The notes below the pieces were generated by a model, which searched no databases, had not been told where the DNA came from, and saw nothing but the letters and a program-made list of their open reading frames with translations. The position numbers and the translations under genes are program-made. Below, piece after piece: positions 13,801 through 26,922 of a stretch of DNA of 64,000 nt (within the stretch, counting starts at the first letter, position 1; every line of letters begins with the position of its first letter). The stretch lies in assembly GCF_009914755.1 (NCBI RefSeq), contig NC_060939.1, one strand, 5' to 3'. Source of the DNA: the human T2T-CHM13v2.0 reference genome, Homo sapiens.

Positions 13801-14363
13801 GGCTTGGTTCTACCCCCGCCTGTGGAGAGTCTGCAGGACAGATTCGCACCCTCCCCTGAGTTCTGGCAAAGAGGCTTCTCACCCAGTTCAAATTGTTACA
13901 AAGTTCAGCTGGAGACTTCCTTCTCCCTGTGGTGTTTTTCCCCCCTCCTCTGGCTTCCCTCCCAAAGGATCCCTGTGGTGCCAGGCAGGAATGGCCTGCT
14001 TGGGGACCCAGGGAGCTCCCAGGGCCTTTCCCACTGCTTCCTCTACCCCTGTATTTCACTCAGTTCTTTAAACTGACTCAGCTCCAGTTAAGGTCGGAAA
14101 CTTCTCCTGCAAACAGACCTTCAATTTCTCCATTGGGGGTGTGTGTTCGGGAGAGCAGGATCTCCCTTTTCCACTTCCGCAGGTGAGCACTCACAGTATT
14201 TGAGGTGTTTCCTGGGTCCTGCAGGAGCAGTCTGCTTCCTTCAGAGGGTCTGTGGGTCCTCTCAGGACTGCTGGTTTGTTCTTGCAGTCGATCTGGAGCT
14301 AAAAATTCACGATGCAAGCCTCGGAATGCTGCTGTGTCCATCTGAGTCAGAGCCATGAAGATC
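7880..14363 (-). mobile_element. Near full-length L1PB1-like LINE-1, inactivated
   Basis: L1PB 3' end (CCATAAGTTATTGGGGTACAGGTGG), broken ORF2 peptides (endonuclease [29 protein letters not shown]), ORF1 peptide (EENFPGLARD...RLTADFSAETLQARRDW) and ~1.4 kb 5' UTR; TSD CCA(C/T)ATTTTCTTTA at 7866-7879 and 14364-14377. Confidence 0.92.
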
Positions 14364-14917
14364 CCATATTTTCTTTATCCAGTCTATCACTGATGGGCAT
14401 TTGGGTTGATTCCATGTCTTTGCTATTGTGAATACTGCTGAAATGAACACACACATGCATGTATCTTTATAACAGAATGATTTGTATTCCTTTGGGTATA
14501 TATAGTAATGGGATTGCCGGGTCAAATGTTATTTCTGGTTCTAGGTCTTTGAGGAATCGCCACACTGTTTTCCACAATGGTTGAACTAATTTACATTCCC
14601 ACTAACAGTATAAATGCATTCTTATTTCTCCACAGCGTCACCAGCATCTGTTGCTTCTTGGCTTTTTAATAATTGTCATTCTGACTAGCACGAGATGGTA
14701 TCTCATTGCAGTTTTGCTTTGCATTTCTGTAATGACCAGTGATGTTGAGCTCTATTTCATATGTTTGTTAGCCACCTAAATGTCTTCTTTTGAGAAGTGT
14801 CTGTTCATATCCTTTGCCCACTTTTTAATGGGTTTGTTTCTTTCTTGTAAATTTGTTCCTTGTAGATTCTGGATATTAGACCTTTATCAGATGGCTAGAT
14901 TATAAAAATCTTCTCCC

Positions 14918-15243
<326 letters not shown>

Positions 15244-15719
15244 TCACCTGACAACAGCTTCCTTTGCTGTGCAGAAGCTCTTTAGTTTAATTAGATCCCA
15301 ATCTTTGCTTTTATTGCAATTGCTTTTGATGTTTTTGCCATGAAATCTTTGCCCATGCCTACGTCCTAGATGGCATTGCCTAGATTTTCTTCTAGGGTTT
15401 TTATAGTTTTGGGTTTTACATTTAAATCTTTAATCCATCTTGAGTTAATTTTTGTATAAGGTGTAAGGAAGGGATCCAGTTTCAATTTTCTGCATATGGC
15501 TAGCCAGTTTTCCCAGCACCATTTATTAAATAAGGAATCCTTTCCCCATTGCTTGTTTTTGTCAAAAATCAGATGGTTGCAGATGTGTGGTCTTATTTCC
15601 AAGATCTCTATTCTGTTCCATTGGTCTATGTGTCTGTTTTTTGTAGCAGTACCATGCTGTTTTGGTTTCTGTAGCCTTGTAGTATAGTTTGAAGTTGGGT
15701 AGTGACACACACGTTTAAA

Positions 15720-16620
15720 AGGTATACATGAACCTCTTCTACTGAGTGGTTTTATTATGGATAGATGTTGACTTTCATACTATTTTTTTCATAAAATCTA
15801 CTAATATGATGAATTATATTAATGTGCTTCCTAATACTGAACCTAACTCATGTTTCTGGAATAAATCTCCTTTAATCATTCATTGATGTTTCTTTTTATG
15901 TGCTTTTTGATTTGGTTTTGCTAATTTTTATTTAAAACTCTTTTTTAAACGATTCCCATAATACTTGTTTATTTTTTTCTAACTTTTACTTTAGGCTCGG
16001 GGGACATGCACAGGTTTGTGATATACGTAAACTGCATGTCATGGGGGTTTGGTGTACAGATTATTTTGCCACCCAGGTAATAAGCATAGGACCTGCTAGG
16101 TAGTATTTTTATCCTCATCCTCTTCCCACCCTCCATCCTCAAGTAGGTCCCGGAGTCTGTTGTTCCTTTCTTTGAGTCCGTGTGTACTTAATGCTTAGCT
16201 CCCACTTTTAAGTAAGAACACGCGGCATTTGGTTTTCTGTAAAATTCTTAAATTAATATTAATAAACTAGATTGAGCTATGGTTTTTACTTTTATGTGTA
16301 ATCGTTGTCAGGCTTTATAGTTAATATTATATACATAAAACAAAATTGAAAGTTTCACTTTATTTTCAATGCTCTGGATTAACCTAAGTAGCACCAGGGC
16401 CATTCGATATCTGAAGGTTGGTAGATTTGACCCACAAATCAATCTTCCTGGTCCTTCTTTTTCAGGGAGCTCTTTTACACCTTCCTCTAATTTTTTCCTG
16501 TGGAAATTGCTCTGCCCAGTCTTTCTATCTCTATATGGTTTAATTTTGTTAGGTCATATTTTCCTAGAGATTTATCCATCTTAACTTGGTTTTCAAATTT
16601 ATTTGAATGGAGTTAAAAAG
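15720..16620 (-). mobile_element. Old L1M ORF2 fragments (continuation of the 5680-7440 element), interrupted by a younger L1 3' end
   Basis: Antisense L1 motifs such as TTTCTGGAATAAATCTCC and TTTATCCATCTTAACTTGGTTTTCAAATTTATTTG. Confidence 0.6.
15965..16240 (-). mobile_element. L1PA15/16-like 3' end fragment
   Basis: GGTTTGGTGTACAGATTATTTTGCCACCCAGGTAATAAGCATAG 3' UTR signature. Confidence 0.8.
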
Positions 16621-16913
16621 ATTCTTCCCATGGGCCTAAATCCCCTATCTATCTCACTAAGGAAAATAAATGTTACTTGCTGAGTGCCCACAATTACATT
16701 GATCGTGCTTACTGCTTTAAGGGTGAGTTAACTCTCCTACAGGCAACAATTCCACAGGGACAGTGGTTTAGTTCCACTTTACTAAAGCCCAGAGTGCCCA
16801 GTGGCAGAGTAAGGATTCCCACATAGACTCACTTTGATCCAAAAGTCACCATTGTTCCATCACACAATACCATCCCTTTACAATGGAACGGGGTGTCTTC
16901 AAAAGGTGTCAGG

Positions 16914-17165
16914 TCAAAACATCTGGTGCCTTTGAAATATATTATGTGCATAGATGCATGATTGGAAGCAAAACATTTCCTTAGTTGACACTCACTCAGT
17001 TGTACCTTCCCATAGTTTTCTCCCAGTATGGAAAGATGGAAGAAAAGTCTCTTTTAAAATTTACATATTTGGGAATAGCAGTAAGTGTAGGACCTACTGA
17101 AGTCTTCTCCTGTGTGCACTGAAATGATATACTCATCAATGGCATATAGAATTCTTCCAGGGTTC
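16914..17165 (+). repeat. Copy B of the ~250 bp local direct duplication (partner 5272-5522)
   Basis: Colinear match to 5272-5522. Confidence 0.95.
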
Positions 17166-17248
17166 CTCCTATGACAGCAAGTGTATAGCTGTCATTACAG
17201 TCATGGGCTTAGGATCCCAAAAAGGTTACAGACTGTTCATAAAAACTA

Positions 17249-17478
17249 CAGATGCTCAATTTATGATGGGGTTATACACCAATAAACTTACCTTAAGTTG
17301 AAAATACATTAAGTTGAAAATGAATTTAATATTCCAATAAATCCATCTTAAAGCTGAAATAAGTCGAACCATCGTTAAGTCCAGAAGCTCCTTGACTTAT
17401 GATGGGGTAACCTCCCAAGAAATCTATCCTAAAGTTAGAAAATCCTAAGTCCAACCATTCTAAATTTGGACTAGTTTG
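17249..17478 (+). mobile_element. MER47-type TcMar-Tigger miniature element, head-to-tail dimer
   Basis: Flanked by TA on both sides; CAGATGCTC...TTATGATGGGGTTA is repeated as CAGAAGCTCCTTGACTTATGATGGGGTAA at about 17382. Confidence 0.7.
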
Positions 17479-18959
17479 TAGACAATTCCTAAAGTATCCA
17501 CAAGGAATAATAATCAATAGTTTTGAAGAAAAGTCTTAAACATGAAAGTGAACTTTGTAAGGACCCAAAACATGGTAACACTTGTTCTGACTTGTAGAAA
17601 ACTACAATCTTGCAACAGTGTAATGTGCCCACACCCTGAAAAGATCACCTTACACGAGAACCTCCATGTCACAGAGATTATCTCATCCCTGAAAATGCGC
17701 AGCAGAGCTTGACTGACAATTCTAAACCCTCAGCATTGGAATGCTTGCAAGGCCGCTTTGCTTTGAAAGATTTATGTTTTTATTCTTCAGGCTCACAAAT
17801 CTAGCTGTTACACTGGCATAAAATATGTGCCTGAATCAGACCAATGTGCCATTGACAAGGGTTTAAAAAAAATCCAAAAACCTTACAAATCAGGTTGCTA
17901 CTTTTCCTATCGATTCCAATCATTAAATCAGTTCTTCTGGGTAAAGGCACCTTATTTTCAAGGAAAAGACAGCCTAATGGGTCAGCCTCTTTTCCTGGCC
18001 TGCCATTGTCATTGTGACAAGTGTTGGGGCACACTTTGCGCATTGAGCTGTCACCCCAACCTACTTGCCTCCTTCTTCTCTCTGTGAAGGCTGCCCTGGA
18101 GGACAGGGTTCATGTTTTATTTGTCTTAACATCACCACAAGCTGGAATATACCGGATAATAAGTATGCTGAATAAATGAACAAAAGGAAACTAAAAACAC
18201 TAAACCTACCTTCATACTCCATTCTGATGGGCAGACATGAAAATACCCAAAATTCCACCTAGATTGGAATCAGTACTCTAATACTGCTTACAAGTAAACC
18301 CATTGGAATATAAGAAAGGAACAGTTCTCTGTGCCTGGCAGATGAAGACAGCTGAAGGTAAGATAAATTTTTTAGGAGGATTAAGGAAAAGTGCAAAGAG
18401 GGCATTCTGGGCTGGATGAGCAGCATGGGTGTTGGCCGGGCACAGATACCCCAGTGTGTCCAGGAGAGCCGGTGGCCAAGAGGCTGGGGATGAAGGTGAG
18501 GGCCAGCCCTGGGGGCTGCCAGGGTGAGTAGCTTACCTATGTTATGAGGCCAGTGGGAGGCTGATGAGAATTTCAGAAGACAGAACTGACAGGAATGACA
18601 TGCTTTAGGAAAATAAATGAAGATACAAAAAATTGGCATCCAGAGCCTAGAAGGCAACGGGCAGGTGCTAGCCCAGCTTCTTAGATGTTGTCCACTGCAT
18701 ACCCTTGCACCTACTGCAGACTGAATCTTGGTTTATCAGGGAGCAGTTGAGACCCTGGATTTCAGAAAAGACAGACAAAATTCCTAGCACCCAGGGATGA
18801 AATGCAATTGGTAAAAGCCCGTTATTCCCTGACTTGTGATTCACCAATCTGCATGTGCCATGCTGGACGACGATCCAGTCTACCTGATGGAAATGGTTGG
18901 GTTTCCAACTGGTTGGGTTTAGAGGAAAGCACTTGCTTACCTGATAGAAAGAGACAGGC

Positions 18960-19263
18960 TTAAATGGAATAGTCCTTTCTCATGATGCCTTTTTCCCCTT
19001 CTTTCTGCCTTGAGTGAGGAAATAACATCTGCAAGTCCACCCACCATTCTGGGAGTACAAAACATAATGCAAGAGGACAAAACCCAAGAAAAGTTGGGTG
19101 GAGTAGGAAGCTATTTCCGATGGTATCATGGAACACTTGCACCAGCCGTAGACAGTCCACCCGTGGACTTCTTATTATACTTCTCATCTAAGTATCTATT
19201 TTTTCAAGCCAGTTAAGTCAAATGTCTGGTTACTTGTAGCTGAATGTATTCCTAATTGATAGA
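18960..19263 (+). mobile_element. MLT1 (ERVL-MaLR) LTR fragment
   Basis: MLT1 3' terminus GGTTACTTGTAGCTGAATGTATTCCTAATTGATAGA. Confidence 0.65.
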
Positions 19264-19417
19264 CAAAGGTAAAATGACTTAGAGGTCTGAACTAGAAAAG
19301 AGGCAATAGAAAAAAAAAACCCAAGGCAAATACCATTTATAAACATAGATGTACAACTTAAAATTAAAGATTAGCAAATGAGTCCATAACACAGAAAAAG
19401 ACATAAAGAGACAAATT

Positions 19418-19632
19418 AGAGCCTTGGAGCTGCTGCAGCCATCTTGGGTGCTTGGTTGTGGGGGTTATTAGGGTGGAAAGAGATGAGTCTGTGGGGTTCT
19501 AGAGATGCCATTACCAACCCTGGAGTGCCTCATTCTCGTACATGTGAGAGAAGTGAATTCTCCTCTTGTTAAATCTGCCATAATGTCTCCTCTCTGTTAC
19601 TAACAGCCAAACATGATTCTCATGCCAATACA
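19418..19632 (+). mobile_element. MLT1 LTR fragment
   Basis: GGAGCTGCTGCAGCCATCTTG and terminus TCTGTTACTAACAGCCAAAC...CAATACA. Confidence 0.65.
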
Positions 19633-21166
19633 CTATCTTAACAAATTTGAGGAGAAAAACCATACGGTCATCTTAAAAGATGCCAAAAAGCCCACAGTTA
19701 TTCATTATACCACGTTGAAACAAACCAGGAATAGAAGGAACCTTTTTTTCTACTTATTAAATGATATTGATTCTAATTTTTTAGGACTTATCAGACCTAA
19801 TAATGAAAACTTTAGAAGCATTTCCATCAAGGTTTAGAACAAACTCATGACTAAGTATTGTAACAAATGAGAACATTTTAAATGGCTGGAACAAGATCAA
19901 CATCCAAAAATCAACACTTTTCCTACATGTCAACATTAGCCAAGTTAGAATTTTAAAAACAACACAAAAAGATCTATTTCATAATAGCCAACCAACCCCC
20001 ACCAAATATCCTGTAAGTTAATTAGGAAAAACACACAAAAAGAAGGAAACCTTTATTTTTTTTCCTTTGCAGAAAACAATAAATCTTTAATGAGGTATAG
20101 AAAGAGAACTTCAATAAATGGATGGGAAGACTATATTGGTAAGTTGCCAGTTCCTCTCTAATATGTATAATAAATTGAATGCAATCAATACAGAATTTTT
20201 TGTGGAAGCTGACAAACAGTTTCTAAAACTTAGAAGAATAAGCCAGTAATTCCAAGACAATTTTGAAGAAAATAAGTTGCATGTTTGTTCTCCCACACTT
20301 CACACATAAAGATATTGTGACTAAAGTGATGGATACACAGGAACAGACAGAGACACATGGACCTGTGGAGGAGAACAGAAAATGCAGAGATGTGTGAGGG
20401 TAGTGGGAGAAGAGAGAGAGAATTTGGTAGATGATAATGGCAGATGCCCTTAACTTCCCATCCAATACCCATTCCCCTTCCTTATTGCCAACAGACCTTT
20501 GCTTTTGCTCATGGCTACAATGTGCTCAGCCCCATGTAGTAAATCCACGGGCTTAATACATGGGCTGATGATTGGGCTAAGTGAATCAAGACAATTCTGA
20601 CTTCTGCTTTACCAGTTTTTCCTGCAGCTAAAAGTATCCATGTGGCCAGTTCTTTCTCCTCCATGAGCTGCCAAAATGCAACAGGAAATCTGCTAGGCTA
20701 CTTTTGGCAAATGTTTTGCTTTCCTAAGAGGTATGCATAGAATCCTTCCACCTTGAAGTGATGTGATACGAGAAGCTGTGCTGGCCTGTGACCATGAGGG
20801 ACGGGTCAAGAGAACCTGAAAGATGCTGCCATGACATCACTGAGCAGTCAACCCAATGGTGCACTGGCTCCCAACTCTGTCTTGTGAAATTAAACATCTC
20901 CAACGAAGCTGAAAGCATCGCTAACTGACAGAATGACACACGTGGGGAATCCCAAATTTCTGAAAAACCTGTGGGAAAAGGACCACATTATAAAATTTAT
21001 AAAATAAGTTGGAAACCTAATTGGAAAAAATAAAGCAAGATTCCCTACATCATATCACTGACCAACAAATTCCACAGGAATTAAATACACATAGACAAGA
21101 AGTAAAACTGTAAGTGTGCCAGAGAAAAGTATAGGTGAATACATTTATGACCTTGCGGTAATAAAG
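19633..21166 (+). mobile_element. Old L1M ORF2 remnant fragmented by LTR insertions (continues about 24003-24760)
   Basis: L1 ORF2-like peptide KNHTVILKDAKK and motif ACAAGATCAACATCCAAAAATCAAC. Confidence 0.65.
20425..20932 (+). mobile_element. MLT1 solo LTR
   Basis: CCCATTCCCCTTCCTTATTGCCAACAGA near the start; terminus GCTGAAAGCATCGCTAACTGACAGA. Confidence 0.65.
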
Positions 21167-21580
21167 TGTGCTGGAGACCCTGCCTGATGTTGACCATGGC
21201 CCTTGCCTTTGTGTTTCTAGGTCACATTTCTTGGCCTCCCAAGGCCAAGCAAGGTGTGGCCACGTGACTTAAGTTCCATGAAAATAGAATATGGCATGGA
21301 AGGAACGTGAGCCATTTCCAGGCCTGGCCCCAGTCTCCCACTGCATCCCCACTTCTCCCTTATCTCTTATTTGCCAGCTCAGCTCATTAGAGAGGATTCA
21401 GCAGAGAGTCAGTGACTCCAGGGGATAGTAGAGCTGCTGGATGGGAGAAATGTGGGTCCCTACATGATGGTGTGGTCTCTATCAGGCTGGCACATGGCAA
21501 GAAATAAAGCTGCCTTGTGTTAAAGTGCTGAGATTTGTGGGGATGTTCATTTTAGCATTTAGCCAGCCCTAACTAATAAA
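21167..21580 (+). mobile_element. MLT1 (MLT1H/I-like) solo LTR
   Basis: TG start, AATAAA at about 21503, terminus CCCTAACTAATAAA; 5-bp TSD TAAAG at 21162-21166 and 21581-21585. Confidence 0.75.
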
Positions 21581-21617
21581 TAAAGCCTTTTTAAGAGCTA
21601 AAAAGTGAAGGTCCATC

Positions 21618-23997
21618 CAATATGGTTTGGCTGTGTCCCCACCCAAAATGTCATCCTGAATTGTAATCCCCATAATCCCCATGTGTCAAGGGTGGGATCA
21701 GGTGGAGGTAATTGGATCATGGGGGTGGTTTCCCCCATGCTGTTCTCATGATAATGAGTGAGTTCTCATGAGATCTGATGGTTTTTATAAGTGCCTGGCA
21801 TTTCCCCTGCTTGTATTTCTCCTTCCCGCTGTCCTGTAAAGAAGGTATCTTGCTTCCCCTTCACCTTCCACCATGATTGTAAGTTTCCTAAGGACTCCCC
21901 AACCATGCTGAACTGTGAGTCAATTAAATCTCTTTCCTTTGTAAATTACCCAGTCTCAGGCAGTTCTTTATAGCAGTATCAAAACAGACTAATAGAGTAA
22001 ATTGGTATCACAGAGAGTGGGGTGCTGCTATAAAGATACCCAAGAATGTGGAAGTGACTTTAGAACTGGGTACAGGCAGAAGTTGGAACAGTTTGGAGGG
22101 CTCAGAAGACAGGAAGATGTGGGAAACTTTGGAACTTCCTAGACTTGCTGAGTGGCTTTGATCAAAATGCTGACAGTGAGATGGACAATCAAGTCCAGGC
22201 TGAGGTGGTCTCAGATGGAGATGAGGAACTTGTTGGGAACTGGAGCAAAGGTGACCCTTTTTATGCTTTAGCAAAGAGACTGGTGGCATTTTGCCCCTGC
22301 CCTAGGGATCTGTGGAACTCTGAACTTGAGAGAGATGATTTAGGGTATCTGGTGGGAGAAATTTCTAAGCAGCAAAGTGTTTAAGAGATGACTTGGTGCT
22401 CTTAAAAGCATTTAGTTTTATTCATTCACAAAGATATGGTTTGGAATTGGAACTTATGTTTAAAAGGAAGCAGAGCATAAAAGTTCAGAAAATTTGCAGC
22501 CTGACAATGCGATAGAAAAGAAAAACCAATTTTTTGAGGAGTAATTCAAGCTGGCTGTAGAAATGTACATAAGTAATGAGGAGCCAAATGTTAATCACCA
22601 AGATAATGGGGAAAATGTCTCCAGGGCATGTCAGAGGTCTTCACAGCAGCCCCTCCCATCACAAGCCAGGAGGCCTAGGAGGAAAAAAACGGTTTTGTGG
22701 GTTGGGCCCAGGGCCTTGCTGCTTTGTGCAGTCTCAGGACTTGGTGCCCTGTGTCCCAGCTGTGGCTAAAACGGGCCAATGTACAGCTCAGGTTGTTGCT
22801 TCAGAGGGTGCAAGCCCCAAGCCTTGGCAGCTTTCATGTGGTGGTTGGCCTGCAGCTGCACAGAAGTCAAGAATTGAGGTTAACCTCTGCCTAGATTTCA
22901 GAGGATCTATGGAAATGCTTGGATGTCCAGGCAAAAGTTTGCTGCAGGGGCAAAGCCCTCATGAAGAACCTCTGCTAGGGCAGTGCAGAGGGGAAATGTG
23001 GGGTCACAGCCCCCACACAAGAGTCCCCACTGAGGCACTGCTTAGTGGAGCTGTGAGAAGAGAGCCACTATTCTCCAGATCCCAGAATCGTAGATCCACC
23101 AACAGCTTGTACTGTGCACCTAGAAAAGTCGCAGACACTCAACACAAGCCTGTGAAAGCAGCCAGGAGCGGGTCTATACCCTGCAATACCACAGGGATGG
23201 AGCTGCCCAAGGCTGTAGGAGCTCACCTGTTCCATCAGCATGACCTGGATGTGAGACATGGAGTCAGAGGAGATCATTTTGGAACTTTAAGGTTTAACAT
23301 TGCCCTACTGGATTTTGGACTTGCATGGGGCCTGCAGCCCCTTTGTTTTGGCTAATTTCTCCAATTTGGAATGGCTGTATTCACCCAATGCTTGTACCCC
23401 CATTGTATCTAGGAAGTAACTAATTTGCTTTTGACTTTACAGGTTCATAGGCATAAGGGACTTGCCTTGTCTCAGATGAAATTTTGGACTTGGACTTCTG
23501 GGTTAATGCTGGAATAAGTTAAGACTTTGGGGGACTGTTGGAAAGGCATGACTGTGTCTTGAAATGTGAGAACATGAGATTTGATTTGGAAGGGGCCAGA
23601 TGTGGAATTATATGGTTTGGCTATGTCCCCACCCAAAATCTTATCTTGAATTGTAATCCCCATGTGTCAAGGGTGGGACCAGGTGGAGGTCATTGGATCA
23701 TGGGGGTGGTTTCTCCCATGCTGTTCTCATGATAGTGAGTGAGTTCTCATGATAGTGAATGAGTTCTCATGAGATATGATGGCTCTCTAAGTGCCTGGCA
23801 TTTCCACTGCTTGCATTTCTCCTTCCTGCTGCCCTGTAAAGAAATGTGCCTTGCTTCCCCTTCACGTTCCGCCATGATTGTAAGTCTCCTGAGGACTCCT
23901 CAGCCATGCTGAACTGTGAGCCAATTAAACCTCTTTCCTTTATAAATTACCCAATCTTGGGCAGCTCTTTATTGCAGTGTGAAAACAGACTAATACA
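21618..23997 (+). mobile_element. Complete THE1D-like MaLR provirus: 5' LTR 21618-21996, internal region 21997-23607, 3' LTR 23608-23997
   Basis: Two ~380 bp direct LTRs (ATATGGTTTGGCT...GACTAATACA/GA), typical THE1 internal sequence, TSD CCATC at 21613-21617 and 23998-24002. Confidence 0.95.
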
Positions 23998-25209
23998 CCA
24001 TCAAAATAAAGTTGATAAAACTGATAATAGCAAAAACCAAAGACAATAAACAAAGTTCTATATGAGAAAAAAATCATAGATATTTTAAAGTTACATAACA
24101 GAATAAGAAGTTCTGGAAAAAACATAAAAACAAGGCATTGGTATTCAAAGGACCAATTAAAAAATTGGCATATTATATGATTGTGTAATTTACAGGAAAC
24201 TCAAATGACTAGTCGACAAATGAAAAGAGAATCAACCTTAGTCATAATGATGAAAATACAAATTCGACAAGATAATCACTAACCACCCTCACCCAAGCCC
24301 TCATGCATCAAATTGGCAAGGGAAAAAAAGCCTGAAAACATCAAGTCCTGGTGAAGTGAAATTGGTAGTTTTTAACATTGCTAGTAGGAGAATATTGGGC
24401 TAGTGGTGAGGTCAGCAGGGGGCATTTTTTTAGTATCTAAAATTGTTTTTAATATAGAATACACATTTTAATATAGAATTGTAACTGTACAATTCTGCCA
24501 TTCAGTATCTTCCTGAGAGAACACTCTAATTATGTGTACAAAGAGGCATGTCTAAGGATGTTCCCTACAGCATAGCTGGAAATGTAAAAAAAGTTTGTCC
24601 ATAGGAGATTGACTGAATCAAGCCTATTATATCAGTACCTGGACTACATTACAGGTGTCATCATGAAAGTGTCTCTAAGATATTAATGTGTTATAGCGTG
24701 ATTAAACAATACTAACGGGAAAAAGGTCTCATGGGTAGAAAACTGTCCAGAAGGAAAACTGGCTATGGTCATGAGGGCTCTTAGGAGCTCAGGACCCGGG
24801 AGGGAAGGAGCAGGACACTCATCTCTACTTTAAGGCCTCCCAAACTCTTTGTCCCCTGCTCACATAATAAACCATACTTCAAGCATCATTTCCTACTGAA
24901 ACTATTAAATAAGATACAAGAAATGACAGGGGACTGGGCTCCAGATGGAGGCAGATGCAAGCAAGAGAAGAGTAGAAAGGTGCACTTTGTTTAGCAGCTG
25001 AAGTGATGTGGGCTGGAGAATCCATGCAGGCTGTGCTGGCACAAACCCCGGGGAAAGGCAGGGCTAGTTTTGAGTTGAGGTTTTGCCATTCTCTTCAAGT
25101 GTGGTCTTTAGGAAGTCACTAAACCCCTGTGAATCCACTTCCCCATCAATACATGCGGAAGATACCATATCTTTCTTAGAAATTTGTTAAGTTTAAATAA
25201 ACCTAAATA

Positions 25210-25900
25210 AAAATATATGTATCGGTCTGCCTGCCTGTCTGTCCACCTATCATCTATCTTCAATCTATATTCTATCTCTCCCTTTCTTGTTCCACCCACC
25301 TACCTACCTACCTATGTATCTTTTGATATATATTTTTTCCTGTCCGTATGTATCTATCTTTCTTATTAATTTTCTCATTGTCTGTCTGCCTTCCTCTTTC
25401 CTGATTTTCTGTCTCCCCTTCTGTTGGTCATGTGTCTGCTAAGTAGATGTCTAACTATCCATGTTTCTTTCTTTCTGCCATCCTGTCTATTTCTACCTGT
25501 CTCCATCCATCCATCCATCCATGCACCCACCCACCCAGCCACCCACCTATGCATGTTTCTGGGTGTCTATTTGTCAGTATGTCTGTAGGTCTTTGTGCTA
25601 TATATCTGTCTATATGACCACCTGTCTGTCTCTCTATGCTAGAAACTCTCTGTTTTTCTGTCTGTCCATCTGGAGTCTCAATGTTTTTCCTTGTCTGTAT
25701 GTCTTTCAATCTATCTTGTTTGTGTGCATATCTACCCGTATGCCTATGAATGTATTTATCTGATTATCCAAAACCTGCCTGAATGTCTGTCTATATATCC
25801 CCCTCCCTCCTTTCCTTTCTCCCTCTATACCTTTCTGTCTGACTGTGTTTCACTGTCTAATAATGACTGTCTAATTTCTCTCTGACAGTCTAATTTCTAT
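25210..25900. repeat. Degenerate pyrimidine-rich tetranucleotide region (TCTA/TCTG/TCCA/CCCA)
   Basis: Interspersed runs such as TCCATCCATCCATCCATCC and CTACCTACCTACCTA. Confidence 0.85.
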
Positions 25901-26419
25901 TGACCACTGTTGACCTACCTTCATGGTGCTTGACACAGAGCAGAGCCTCACTCAAGGCTAGTTTACTTCCCCCTTTTCAGTTCCTTTCACTCTTTCATTG
26001 CTCCATTCTTACACTCAGCTGCCATTAACTGGGCCATTGCTCTGTGTTATGTGCTAGGGATACAACCTAAAATTAGGCAGGGTCTCTACCTTCTAAGAGT
26101 ATTTGGGCTGCTGGCCTAAAAAGCAAATTAATGAGGCAGTTATATGATGCTTAGAGCTATGAGAGACAAGATGGTGTCAGGCACAAGGGAAGGGCACCCA
26201 TGCTAGACTGGAGTGGAGGAGAGAGTGAGAGAGGCTCTGAGGAAGTGACATCTCATCTGAAAACCACAGAGGACTGGGGATTTTGCAAAGTGGAGGGCTG
26301 AGCTCCATGTAATTGGGGAAGAGGTATGGACAGTGGTGCAAAGCTAGAAAAAGGGAACAGGGTCCATGTAGACCTGGAGAACAACAGAGCCAGGACACAG
26401 TCAAAAATTCTAACTAAGG

Positions 26420-26920
26420 AATTCACAAAATTCAGACAAAAGAGACCAAAATTGACCTAAATAGAGAGATGTATTGTTTTTATGGATTGTAAGATATACC
26501 ACAGTTAAGATGTCAAGTATAGTCACACTGATCTATAAATTCAGTGCAATCCCAGTCAACATTCCAGCAGGTTTCTTTGTAGGCACAGACAAGCTGATTC
26601 TAAATCTATATAGAAAGATAAACTAGATTAGCCAAAACAACGTTGAAAAAGAAAAAAGTTAGAGGACTCGCACACTTGATTTTAAGATGCATTATAAACC
26701 TCCTGTGGCCAAGACAGTATAGTATTGGGATAGTAAAGGATAGACACGTTTACTACTAAAACAAAAGACAACTGATTTTTGACAAAGGCACAAAGACAAT
26801 CCAATGGAGAAAAGATAGACTTTTCCAAAAAATGATGCTGGAGCAAATGGACTTCAGTAAAGTAAACTCAATCTACATCTTACACCATATATAAAAATTA
26901 ACTCTGAATGGATCATAGAC
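26420..26920 (+). mobile_element. L1M ORF2 fragment
   Basis: GATCTATAAATTCAGTGCAATCCCAGTCAAC...CAACTGATTTTTGACAAAGGCACAAAG. Confidence 0.8.
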
Positions 26921-26922
26921 TA

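Noticed and set aside
22576-23355. 259-aa ORF, the longest in the window
   Set aside because: It lies wholly inside the THE1 internal region and I see no independent gene structure; treated as repeat-derived.
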